A stretch of 64,000 nt of DNA from a virus. Lineage: Duplodnaviria > Caudoviricetes. Below, in pieces: positions 22,901 through 30,664 of the stretch. The notes under the pieces are model-generated. The model had not been told where the DNA came from, made no database searches, and saw only the letters and a list, made by a program, of their open reading frames with translations. Each line of letters opens with the position of its first letter. Position 1 is the stretch's first letter. The DNA is taken from IMG/VR virus record IMGVR_UViG_3300030433_001899, positions 29,115 to 93,114 of that record, one strand, 5' to 3'. Made by a program: the position numbers and the translations under genes.

Positions 22901-24024
22901 ATGAGATAGTCTACTACACAAGCATTACTGCCGGTTCTTCACCTGCTGGAACACTTGGTATTAGCACAAGAGGTGTTGATTCTATCACTAGAACTCATTC
23001 CAATGGAGACTCAATTTCCAAGTATGAGTTGAATGGTGTATCACTTACTAGAATCAATACAGACCTCACAATGTCTAACAACGCTCAGTTGAAGGCACTG
23101 AGAGATCATGATACATATCATGTTGAAATTCACAGAGGTGATAGAGCATCTGGTGACTCTCAACTTTCATTCACAGATGATAACCGTCTAGGTGGAAATG
23201 ATGCTAAGGGTTCTAGAAACATTCAGTTCACCTCAGTCAACCCACAGTTTAATCTTCTTCAACCTGGTGAAACTCAGATTGTTGCCGAAATGCGTACAAC
23301 ATCTGGAACAAGTGCTGGTGGCAGTGAGGTTTCTTTCGTTGACCAAGGTTTCCAACCAGTTGCACTCAATGCTTCAAATGAGTTAAATGTTCCAAGTATC
23401 GTTGCTTCTTCTAGAAATGAAGACACATATATGACCAGTCTTCCTAAGAATAGGTCATTCACACTGTCTTTGAATATGTCAAGCAATGATCCAAATCTGT
23501 CACCAGTTGTTGACCTTCACAATGCTGCCGTTATCTACGGAAGAAATAGACTCAATAATCCTATTGAGAACTACGCAAGTGATGGAAGAGTCAACTCAAC
23601 AACAGAAGATCCACATTCTGCAACTTATTCTACAAGAGAAGTCACACTCAAGCAACCAGCAACTTCACTCAAAGTTCTTATTAGTGGCTTGAGACCAGCA
23701 TCATCTGACTTTAGAGTATTGTATAAGTTGATCAGACCAGACTCAAGTCAGGTCGATCAAGCATATCAGTTGTTCCCTGGTTATAATAACTTGCGTGACA
23801 CTGATGGTGATGGTTTCGGAGATGAAGTCATTGACGAAGCACTTAATAATGGCAGACCTGATGCCTTTGTTCCAGCAAGTTCTGAAAATGAGTTTAGAGA
23901 CTATCAGTTTAGCGTTGATAATGTTCCTCAGTTCACTGGGTTCAAAATCAAAATCGTTATGAATGGAACAAACGAAGCGAAAGCTCCTAAGTTGAAAGAC
24001 CTGAGAGTTATCGCACTAGCATAA
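16936..24024 (+). CDS. large virion structural protein, DUF4815/VrlC-like (2362 aa)
   Basis: NINPYFDDFD...FYKVLFKPGFPIQARELTTLQSILQNQ; APGADRLKI; RRYTMRDIG.LEDRI; DPLAQSF; GSLFKSQNG..W; follows gp8 as in cyanomyoviruses. Confidence 0.88.
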   Translation: MPQKTNLNINPYFDDFDKDDNFYKVLFKPGFPIQARELTTLQSILQNQVEKFGSHIFKEGSMVIPGNVNFDGEYPSVRVNADHLGIDVSVYADKLVGKKLRGQTSGVVAVVDKYLTSTMSSDIDDLTLFVKYGRGGEDGEQGTFSDGEVLIVEEGFTYGNTSIDAGDTVATLVSEDATSVGTAASIGEGVFFIRGTFVDVATQKIVLDPYTNTPSYRIGLTILEEVISAKEDDSLYDNAKGFSNFAAPGADRLKISLTLSKKSLKDYDDKTFVEILRVENGEIKKLQNKSTYSIIKDYFAKRTFEESGDYSIGNYGIEVKETLNDRESNEGIYFDDQTTDQGNTPTDDLMTVQVSPGKAYVRGYDIETISNTNIDVEKPRDKGTIDSASVPFELGTKLRVNNVQGCPFIGVNNVDNTVDLFDERLPAGTVDQSTLLTTAIGRARVYSFSLTDATYSDDGTEWDLYLFDLQTFTTITVNQNLSNAQLPIGSYVKGVSSGASGYATAAGASNSIFNLTQTSGTFIRGEAIEINGTREAPRTIRAVDEHSIRDVKSVFQNSTAVPGSTLDGDFAADTVLKEHAIPGFSLTDKIDINGTTLSSSRSLQGLKVGDIISYQSGTNNVPIFNRVTVINDSLKSATVADVVDITNVCEGGRVNGEHTIKLMLPVVEEGGGLYARLDEPNVASVNLGSSSLIVSGQVASRSIDSQGVLSVNINNTGISSALYLPFDAERYSVVYGDGTIEDLTSDQVQVTNGGQLLLIGGLTPNQNANVALNYTVQKNSIQSKQKELVRSEKVTVDKSKTSTTNNTSGLTQASFYGMRVEDEEISLNFPDVVDVLAVYEARGTVAPVLDAIEVPSGFNLNTASVLGEVIIGEDGAKAQIVTRVNGTKVEIVYLNDNRFSVGETVTFQESNIKTTVQVIVVGNYQDITDEYTLDKGQREQFYDYSRIVKRRGYTPSRQLLIIFNRFNVPSNDNGDVYTVNSYGADRFKDDIPHLADGTRLSDTLDFRPRVEPFTSTTATPFFFNNRDFSATGTNPTLVVAPLESSTLGYDFYLPRIDRVVLIPNKTTEFDSQVSGGLFTVLKGVPAINPVAPENDPTAMNLATIELPAYLYDVNDAVVTTVDNRRYTMRDIGALEDRIETLEEVTSLSLLEVDTKTFQVRDADGLDRFKSGFFVDDFKDTGRLDGGETLSDVDTANRQLITPVDWYSLKPELALNPSIDTNSADFSDNLELLDSNVQKTGDLITLKYSEKEWITQPLASRVENVNPFNMISFEGRINLQPASDQWVRNIYVSGGTRRITGDFNGSYIETIRTARRPDTHIRSRNVTFHATGLRPLARHYSFFDGSRGLDVIPKLIEISMNSGTFSIGETVRGYVGSRQLFSARVVQPNHKTGPGSNPTTTYSLNPYKRENNLPTSYSASATVLNIDVESLSDEVVGRYSGFITKGMVLLGATSGAQATVSDIRLYGDTFGDIDGSFFFRDPLASPPPPLRFTTGTKIFKLNSSSTNSEPLKGDLRTSTAETAYRTSGIVDTYTQTRVVVRRPPPPPRRGDPLAQSFTTDETGAFLTAIDIFMADKPEDEKLTVEIRNMELGTPTNEVIQDFARVTLEPSQVNISNDGTVPTKVTFPSPVYLEPDTEYCVCLLSPQSNDYLAWVARMGEKTVNTSTLPDAESVVVTKQYVGGSLFKSQNGTIWTASQFEDLKFNLYKAQFVSEGTASFFNPQIDTETETTKLVSNPVRTLPRKLKVGIDTTADPLLDTELAIGTKVADGTGTADVTGIVEQLGRRINTSSGVLVNQAGVGYDNGTHTAVPLYNITGQGSGAEATITVAGGVVTGATITERGEGYVRGDVLGITTANVDDKGAGAELSVNQLDGITTLYLTNVQGEAFATGQNLVRYVGNTATAYGSTDITSSSQNGSLYSGNVLEVTQFNHGMHQNTNVLTLADIEPNSAPTTITSDLAISGTQVSVADTTIFGTYEGIGTSRGWAKINNEIVYYTSITAGSSPAGTLGISTRGVDSITRTHSNGDSISKYELNGVSLTRINTDLTMSNNAQLKALRDHDTYHVEIHRGDRASGDSQLSFTDDNRLGGNDAKGSRNIQFTSVNPQFNLLQPGETQIVAEMRTTSGTSAGGSEVSFVDQGFQPVALNASNELNVPSIVASSRNEDTYMTSLPKNRSFTLSLNMSSNDPNLSPVVDLHNAAVIYGRNRLNNPIENYASDGRVNSTTEDPHSATYSTREVTLKQPATSLKVLISGLRPASSDFRVLYKLIRPDSSQVDQAYQLFPGYNNLRDTDGDGFGDEVIDEALNNGRPDAFVPASSENEFRDYQFSVDNVPQFTGFKIKIVMNGTNEAKAPKLKDLRVIALA

Positions 24025-24233
24025 TGAAGAGAGTTGAAGGTTCTAAGCACCTGTTTCGTGAAGACTCAGGTGCTATTGTCAATACTGATACAACAGGTTA
24101 TCAAGATTATGTTAGACTTCGTAACGCTCGCAGACTTGAAAAACAAGAGCTTGCAGAGTTGAAGAGTGAACTAAGTGAAATTAAGTCCCTACTAATGGAG
24201 TTAACAAATGGACCCCAATCAAATCCAACTTGA
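24024..24233 (+). CDS. small conserved hypothetical protein with C-terminal coiled coil
   Basis: RVEG..HLFRE.SGAIVNTD...ELSEIKSLL; TAATG overlap with the upstream stop. Confidence 0.8.
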   Translation: MKRVEGSKHLFREDSGAIVNTDTTGYQDYVRLRNARRLEKQELAELKSELSEIKSLLMELTNGPQSNPT

Positions 24234-24384
24234 GTCAATGTCTAAGTCGTTTGAGTATGAACGACAGGCAAGACTCATTGATGAGTGTCAAGATGTCGGG
24301 GAGTTACAAAATATTTGCAAGTCATACGCCAAGTTATATTTCAAACAACAAGAAGTGGTCAAAGCAGTAGGTTTGCCCACCTAA
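24208..24384 (+). CDS. 58-aa helical protein, possibly NblA-like (not in ORF track)
   Basis: GGAG at 24197-24200, ATG 24208; MDPNQIQLESMSKSFEYERQARLIDECQDVGELQNICKSYAKLYFKQQEVVKAVGLPT. The ORF is well supported; the function is inferred. Confidence 0.7.
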   Translation: MDPNQIQLESMSKSFEYERQARLIDECQDVGELQNICKSYAKLYFKQQEVVKAVGLPT

Positions 24385-24411
24385 ATAACATTATAAAGAC
24401 TTCTTTTTCAA

Positions 24412-24753
24412 ATGGCATCTGCATATGTAAGCAACCTGGTAATAAATCAGGGTGTTGATTTTGAGCAAGTTTTCACATTGGAAGATGGTGCTAACAATGC
24501 ACCATTAAACGTGACCAACTTTGGTCTAAGCGCCCAAATGAGAAAACATGCCGGTGCCACTGGTGTGACTACATTTACAACTTCCTTTTATGATGCCACA
24601 AATGGAAAGATTCAAATAGGTCTTTCTACATCACAAACTGCTGCCCTTAAACCAGGTAGGTATGTTTATGATGTTGTTATTACTAATACTAATAACATGA
24701 TGGAAAGAGTTGTTGAAGGTATGGTTCTAGTATCTCCTGGAGTAACACGATAA
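24412..24753 (+). CDS. virion structural protein (BppU-N/Ig-like adaptor)
   Basis: NLVINQG.DF...AQMRK...G.I.I.L...QTAALKPGRYVYDV...RVVEG..LVSPGVT pattern; CTAAATA late promoter at 24381-24387. Confidence 0.75.
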   Translation: MASAYVSNLVINQGVDFEQVFTLEDGANNAPLNVTNFGLSAQMRKHAGATGVTTFTTSFYDATNGKIQIGLSTSQTAALKPGRYVYDVVITNTNNMMERVVEGMVLVSPGVTR

Positions 24754-25031
24754 TGTCAATTCGAGTCAAAACTAGTAGTGGTGCAAAAACTGTTAGGGTT
24801 GGTCAAAGAAATGCCGTTAAAGTAGTAGCATCTCAAAAGGCAGCAACAACTGCACTTGCAAGTCTTCAGGAGATGTCCAATATACAAAATGTTGATGATT
24901 CTGCAAGAGCAGATAATACATTATTAATGTATCAAGCATCTACCAATACCTATATACATATTCCATGCTCGCAAGCACTTGATCTTGCGGACACAAGAGA
25001 TGATGAAGCTATTGACTATGGAAGTTTTTAA
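24753..25031 (+). CDS. small tail-associated hypothetical protein
   Basis: 92 aa, translationally coupled; ends IDYGSF. Confidence 0.7.
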   Translation: MSIRVKTSSGAKTVRVGQRNAVKVVASQKAATTALASLQEMSNIQNVDDSARADNTLLMYQASTNTYIHIPCSQALDLADTRDDEAIDYGSF

Positions 25032-25064
25032 TCAAATAAATACATAAAAAGGTAGAAAGTCAAA

Positions 25065-26951
25065 ATGGCAGCTCCCGTCTTACAGTTTAAGCGTGGTCAA
25101 CATGCTAATGTTGGGGTAGCTTCTTTCAAAGCCGGTGAACCTGGTTTTACAACTGACAAATATGATTTTTACATTGGTTTGGATGGAACCCATACAAACC
25201 AAAAGTTCTTGGGTAGTTCTCGTTATTGGTTAAGAGAAGCAGCATCAACAGGAAGTGCCGTCAGAGTTGTCGAAGGCAGCGGTAACGGCGATAACTACAT
25301 TGAACTTAAATCTCCAGCATCTCTCGCTGGCAACTTAACTTATACTCTCCCAGGAACTCAGGGTGCTGCAAACAGCATCATTGAAAATGATGGTTCTGGA
25401 AACTTAACTTTTACAAATACACCAACATTTACTGGTGCAACTGTAACTGGTGATCTTGCCGTTGGTGGCGGAACCACTATCACAGGTGACCTTTATGTTG
25501 GGGGAACCTCTGAGTTTATTGGTGTTGTTACCTTCCGTGGTGGCACCGTAAGACTTGGTGATGGTGATACCGACAACATTGTCGTTGGTGGTGAGTTTGC
25601 CTCTCATTTGGTCCCTGACCAAGATGGATCTTTCGACCTTGGTACTACTACAAAAGAGTGGAGAAACCTGTTCCTTGATGGAACTGCCGAAGTAGATGGT
25701 ATCAACAACTCTGGTGTTACAACCACTACAGCATTAAAGGGTTATTCTTACTTACAGGCACCACACTCTGCTAGTACACAAAACTATACTGTAACTGTCG
25801 CTGCTAAGACTGCAGCTCACAGATACAATGGTAGTGGAAGCAGCAATGGTTATGTCATCGATGGTGTTGAGTCACCAACTCTAACTCTGACTCCTGGTAA
25901 AACTTACAGGTTTACCCTGAGTTCAAGTGACATGACAAGTCACCCATTCAGATTCTATCTGGATGCGGATAAGACATATGCTTATACAACGAACGTAACT
26001 ACAGCAGCAACATATGCTGAAATTACAGTCACCGATACTACACCTGCTATCTTACATTATCAGTGTAGTGCTCATGCCCTCATGGGTAATACGCTTGTAT
26101 GTAATACAAATGCGGTGCACACTCCTCACAGTGCAACTTTTGAGGGAAGCGTCAACGCCAAGGGTGATGTAACTCTGGGTGATGCAGTAACAGACCTCAT
26201 CTTTGTAAACGGTCAGTTTGATAGTGATCTCCTTCCTTCAACTGACGGAACTTATGATTTGGGTTCTTCAACTAAAGAATGGCAAGACCTGTTTATTGAC
26301 GGAACTGCTAACATTGATTCGTTGGCAGCAGACTCTGCCGCCATTGCTGACCTTACAGATAACCGTGTAGTTATTGCTGGAACCAATGGTGAACTTGAGG
26401 ATAGTGCAAACCTCACGTTCGATGGAACTACATTAGCAGTTACTGGTGCTGCAACAGTTGATAATCTGAGTCTTGATGCCAACACTCTCACAACTTCCTC
26501 TGGTGGATTAACTCTCGACTCTGCTAGTGGAACAACCACAGTTGCTGATGATCTGACTGTCAACGGTACATTTACTGTTCTTGGAACACAGTCTATCATC
26601 AATACAGAAACACTGAAAGTTGAAGACTCTCTCATTGAGATCGGTCTTGTTAACAGTGGTGGTTCACTGGTCGCTCCAACTTCAGACGCTAATATTGACG
26701 TTGGTGTTATTCTCCATTACTATTCGGGTTCTGCTAAGAAAGCAGCAATGTATTGGGACGATTCTGTCTCAAGACTTGTCTTTGCTGATGAGACTTCAGA
26801 AAACACCAGTGTACTGACTGCTTCCTCTTACGCTGATGTTGAATTCAAAGGACTCTTCATCAATGACTGTGCTGGTCAGTCTCAAGTTATCTCCTGTACC
26901 GGAACTACAAGAAACCTTGAGAATATAACCGTAGATGGTGGTTCGTTCTGA
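25065..26951 (+). CDS. tail-fibre-like structural protein with internal cupredoxin-like domain
   Basis: N-terminal QFKRG...GEPGFTTDKYDFYIG fibre-attachment motif, G/T/V-rich repeats, duplicated DLGxxTKEW module, C-terminal DGGSF; AATAAATA late promoter at 25035-25042. Confidence 0.8.
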   Translation: MAAPVLQFKRGQHANVGVASFKAGEPGFTTDKYDFYIGLDGTHTNQKFLGSSRYWLREAASTGSAVRVVEGSGNGDNYIELKSPASLAGNLTYTLPGTQGAANSIIENDGSGNLTFTNTPTFTGATVTGDLAVGGGTTITGDLYVGGTSEFIGVVTFRGGTVRLGDGDTDNIVVGGEFASHLVPDQDGSFDLGTTTKEWRNLFLDGTAEVDGINNSGVTTTTALKGYSYLQAPHSASTQNYTVTVAAKTAAHRYNGSGSSNGYVIDGVESPTLTLTPGKTYRFTLSSSDMTSHPFRFYLDADKTYAYTTNVTTAATYAEITVTDTTPAILHYQCSAHALMGNTLVCNTNAVHTPHSATFEGSVNAKGDVTLGDAVTDLIFVNGQFDSDLLPSTDGTYDLGSSTKEWQDLFIDGTANIDSLAADSAAIADLTDNRVVIAGTNGELEDSANLTFDGTTLAVTGAATVDNLSLDANTLTTSSGGLTLDSASGTTTVADDLTVNGTFTVLGTQSIINTETLKVEDSLIEIGLVNSGGSLVAPTSDANIDVGVILHYYSGSAKKAAMYWDDSVSRLVFADETSENTSVLTASSYADVEFKGLFINDCAGQSQVISCTGTTRNLENITVDGGSF

Positions 26952-26965
26952 TATTAACGACAACT

Positions 26966-26973
26966 TATAAATA
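26966..26973 (+). promoter_or_regulatory. T4-type late promoter for the neck operon
   Basis: Exact TATAAATA. Confidence 0.75.
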
Positions 26974-26974
26974 C

Positions 26975-26999
26975 AGGTGGGCGAGTCCCACCTTTTTTT
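26975..26999 (+). terminator. intrinsic terminator
   Basis: AGGTGGG-cgagt-CCCACCT followed by a T run. Confidence 0.85.
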
Positions 27000-27008
27000 G
27001 TATCTATT

Positions 27009-27194
27009 ATGAACGAAACTGAGATTAAAAACTTGATTGCTGCATATCAAAAAAAGTCAGGAGAACTCTTAGCGCAGACTATCGCTCTCGATGCCAGAGT
27101 AATGACTTTATCCAACACCATTTCAGAACTTGAAGAGGAGTTGGCGAAACTGAAGAAACCTAAGAGAACTACCAAAAATACTGAGGAATTCTAA
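27009..27194 (+). CDS. small coiled-coil hypothetical protein
   Basis: 61 aa with heptad pattern; coupled to gp13. Confidence 0.7.
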   Translation: MNETEIKNLIAAYQKKSGELLAQTIALDARVMTLSNTISELEEELAKLKKPKRTTKNTEEF

Positions 27195-28039
27195 TGGCAA
27201 AACCGTCATCACGCCAAGGTTTAATTGATTATTGTTTGCGAAGACTTGGAGCACCTGTATTAGAAATAAACGTAGACGATGACCAGATCGATGACCTGGT
27301 AGATGATGCACTACAGTATTTTTCGGAGCGTCATTATAATGGTGTTGAGAGAATGTATCTCAAACACGAATTCACTCAGGATGAAATAGATAGAGGAAAA
27401 GCAAGTGGAACAGTTGGCGTAGGTATTGTAACGACAACCGCAACATCTACAAATATTTCTGGTTACGGCACTACAACTTCAACCTACTACGAAAATTCTA
27501 ACTTCATTCAAATACCAGACTCGGTTGTCGGTATTGAGAAAGTATTTAAGTTTGATACAAGCACCATCTCTGGTGGTATGTTCAGTATCAAATATCAGTT
27601 ATTCTTAAATGACTTGTATAGGTTCAACTCGGTTGAACTGTTACAGTATGCGATGACAAAGACATATCTTGAAGACATTGACTTCTTGTTAACAACAGAT
27701 AAGCAAATAAGATTCAATCAACGTCAAGATAGAATGTATCTTGATATTGACTGGGGAACTGTTGATGCTGGCGACTTTATTGTTATTGACTGTCACAGAG
27801 CACTTGACCCCGAAACATTCACTCAAGTATATAATGATAGTTTCATGAAACTATATCTCACTGCTCTTATCAAGAGACAGTGGGGAGCAAACATGATGAA
27901 GTTTAGTGGGACCAGACTTCCAGGTGGTATTGAACTGAATGGAAGACAATATTATGATGATGCTGAAAGAGAACTTGCGGACATCAAGTCAAGGATGTCT
28001 AATGAGTATGAACTTCCTCCTCTCGACTTTATTGGCTGA
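27194..28039 (+). CDS. gp13: neck protein gp13
   Basis: LIDYCLRRLGAPVLEINVDDDQ; KRQWG.N..KF.G..LPGGIELNG. Confidence 0.95.
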   Translation: MAKPSSRQGLIDYCLRRLGAPVLEINVDDDQIDDLVDDALQYFSERHYNGVERMYLKHEFTQDEIDRGKASGTVGVGIVTTTATSTNISGYGTTTSTYYENSNFIQIPDSVVGIEKVFKFDTSTISGGMFSIKYQLFLNDLYRFNSVELLQYAMTKTYLEDIDFLLTTDKQIRFNQRQDRMYLDIDWGTVDAGDFIVIDCHRALDPETFTQVYNDSFMKLYLTALIKRQWGANMMKFSGTRLPGGIELNGRQYYDDAERELADIKSRMSNEYELPPLDFIG

Positions 28040-29421
28040 TGGCACTTAATCCGTTTTTTCTACAAGGTTCTCACGGAGAACAAAGATTAGTTCAAGAGTT
28101 GATAAATGAACAACTCAAGATATATGGTGTTGAAGTAACTTATATTCCTAGAAAGTTCGTAAGGAAAGAGACTATTATTGAAGAAGTAACATCATCAAAG
28201 TTTGATGATAATTTCCTGCTTGAAGCGTATGTGAATACCTTTGATGGATATAGTGGTGCTGGAGATATAATGACAAAGTTTGGTGTAAGTCTCAGAGATG
28301 AGGTTACACTTACTATTTCACAAGAAAGATTTGAAGACTTTATTTCACCATTCTTGGATCAAGAAAGTGATGCTGAAGTTGAAGTAACAATGAGACCCAG
28401 AGAAGGAGATCTCATTTACTTCCCACTTGGTTCAAGACTGTTTGAAGTAAAGTTTGTTGAGCATGAGCAACCATTCTATCAGTTAGGCAAGACATATGTT
28501 TATGAACTGAAGTGTGAACTCTTCGAATACGAAGATGAAATTATTGACACCAGCATCGAAGCGATCGATACCACAGTTGCTTCTCAAGGTCATATTATTG
28601 ATCTCAACCTCTTGTCAGGTGGTGCAGTTGCTACCGCTACGGCAGTTATTGGAACAAACTATGTCAGAGAGATATTCCTGAATAATGATGGTTCTGGATA
28701 CACAAGCACTCCGCTTGTAACATTCACCTCACCACCTGCTGGTTTTACAACTGCAACAGCTGTTGCTATAACCACCACTAGGAATAATATTACATCCATC
28801 AAAGAAATCCTTATCACAGATGCTGGTACTGGATATCAAACTGATCCTATTGTTTACATCTCTGGTGGCGGTGGATCAGGTGCTGCTGCAACTGCTGGTA
28901 TTACCACTGATAAGAAAGGTATTATTCGTGTTGCTATTGGTGGAACTGGTGGTGTTGGTTACACGACTGCGCCAGATGTAACTGTAACACTTCCATCTCT
29001 CACACCAAACAAAGCAGCAGAACTCAGAGCATTTGTTGGTGCTGGTGGAACTATCTCCGATATTCGTATTGTCAACGCTGGTGCTGGTTTCTTCAGTCCA
29101 CCAACCATTGGTGTTGGAACACCTGCAGCAGTTGGTTCTGGAAACTACTGGTTCAACGAAGAGGTTACTGGTTCCAGATCTGGCGCAACAGGCAGAGTTA
29201 AGAGATGGGATCTGGATACCTACACACTTCAGGTTGGTATCACAACTGGTATGTTTGCTCCAGGTGAAACTATCACAGGTGCCAAGTCTGGTGCCAACTA
29301 CGACATCAAGGTTTCTGCAGCAAATACTACAACTGATAAATACAAACAAAATATAGATTTGGAAACTGAAGCAGACGCTATTCTTGATTTCTCAGAATCT
29401 AATCCCTTTGGTACTTACTAA
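28039..29421 (+). CDS. gp14: neck protein gp14 (head closure) with Gly-rich insertion
   Basis: EQRLVQELINEQLKIYG...YIPR; RPREGDLIYFP; PFYQLGK.YVY.L.CELFEY; ends DFSESNPFG. Confidence 0.95.
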   Translation: MALNPFFLQGSHGEQRLVQELINEQLKIYGVEVTYIPRKFVRKETIIEEVTSSKFDDNFLLEAYVNTFDGYSGAGDIMTKFGVSLRDEVTLTISQERFEDFISPFLDQESDAEVEVTMRPREGDLIYFPLGSRLFEVKFVEHEQPFYQLGKTYVYELKCELFEYEDEIIDTSIEAIDTTVASQGHIIDLNLLSGGAVATATAVIGTNYVREIFLNNDGSGYTSTPLVTFTSPPAGFTTATAVAITTTRNNITSIKEILITDAGTGYQTDPIVYISGGGGSGAAATAGITTDKKGIIRVAIGGTGGVGYTTAPDVTVTLPSLTPNKAAELRAFVGAGGTISDIRIVNAGAGFFSPPTIGVGTPAAVGSGNYWFNEEVTGSRSGATGRVKRWDLDTYTLQVGITTGMFAPGETITGAKSGANYDIKVSAANTTTDKYKQNIDLETEADAILDFSESNPFGTY

Positions 29422-30221
29422 TGTTAGGAACTTATTACTATCATCAAATCATTAGGAAGACCATTATTGCTTTTGGCACGATGTTCAATGACTTGAACAT
29501 TCAACACAAAGACAGCGATGGTGCTTCTATTAGTGAGATGAAAGTTCCTCTCGCGTATGCACCAACACAAAAGTTTCTGGCAAGATTAGAGCAACAAGCG
29601 AATCTGAACAAACCAACTCAGATTTCGCTTCCAAGAATGTCATTTGAAATGACAGACATTAGTTATGACGCTTCTAGGAAAGCTGGTATTACCCAGACTT
29701 TCAGAGCAGTAGGTAGTGACGGCAAGATGAAAAAAGTCTACATGCCCGTCCCCTACAACATTGGTTTTGAGTTGGCTATTTTCTGCAAGTTAAATGATGA
29801 TGCCCTTCAAATCGTAGAACAAATCCTCCCATACTTCCAACCATCTTTCAATCTAACCGTCGATCTAGTTGAATCAATCGGAGAGAAAAAAGACATTCCT
29901 CTTGTACTGAATAGTGTTTCATTCCAAGATGACTATGAGGGTGACTTCTCCACAAGAAGAGCATTAATCTACAGACTACAATTTACAGCAAAAACATATT
30001 TGTTTGGTCCTATTGCCGAGAACCCAGAAGGTCTCATTCGCAAGGTTCAAGTGGATATGTACGCAGATACAAATACTACTACCGCAAAAAGAGAAGTCAG
30101 ATACACTGTTGTGCCTGATCCAATTACCGCTGAACCTGGTGATGACTTTGGTTTCAGTGAGACTATTGAATTCTTTGACGATGGTAAGGAGTATAGCCCA
30201 ACTCAGCAAACTGACGTATAA
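29421..30221 (+). CDS. gp15: tail sheath stabiliser/terminator gp15
   Basis: YYHQIIRK.IIAFG..FN; VPLAYAP.QKFLARL; LPRMSFE; QIVEQILPYFQP. Confidence 0.95.
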   Translation: MLGTYYYHQIIRKTIIAFGTMFNDLNIQHKDSDGASISEMKVPLAYAPTQKFLARLEQQANLNKPTQISLPRMSFEMTDISYDASRKAGITQTFRAVGSDGKMKKVYMPVPYNIGFELAIFCKLNDDALQIVEQILPYFQPSFNLTVDLVESIGEKKDIPLVLNSVSFQDDYEGDFSTRRALIYRLQFTAKTYLFGPIAENPEGLIRKVQVDMYADTNTTTAKREVRYTVVPDPITAEPGDDFGFSETIEFFDDGKEYSPTQQTDV

Positions 30222-30223
30222 AG

Positions 30224-30664
30224 ATGTCAAATTTTGATTCTATTGATGAAGCCCTCAATGTAGAAAGTAACATTGTGGGTGTAGAGAAACCTGCGCCTCT
30301 GAAAAAACCAGAGGAAAAGAATGACATTTCAAAAGACTATGAATACACAAGAGCAAACTTGTATTCATTGATTGAAAAAGGTCAAGAAGCAATCAACGGT
30401 ATCATGGAACTTGCAGGAGAAAGTGCAAGTCCAAGAGCATATGAAGTTGCTGGACAACTTATCAAGAGTGTTGCAGATACCACCGATAAGTTAGCAGATC
30501 TTCAGAAGAAAGTAAAAGACCTTGAAGAGGATGGGGCAAGTAAAGGACCTAATAATGTTACAAATAATGCTGTGTTTGTTGGTTCGACATCTGAGTTACA
30601 GAAACTACTGAAGCAAGGTTTTCTAAATAATAATAACTCGAACACTAATAATGAAAAAGTGTAA
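30224..30664 (+). CDS. gp16: terminase small subunit gp16
   Basis: DYEYTRANLY; SPRAYEVAGQLIK; NNAVFVGST.ELQK. Confidence 0.93.
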   Translation: MSNFDSIDEALNVESNIVGVEKPAPLKKPEEKNDISKDYEYTRANLYSLIEKGQEAINGIMELAGESASPRAYEVAGQLIKSVADTTDKLADLQKKVKDLEEDGASKGPNNVTNNAVFVGSTSELQKLLKQGFLNNNNSNTNNEKV

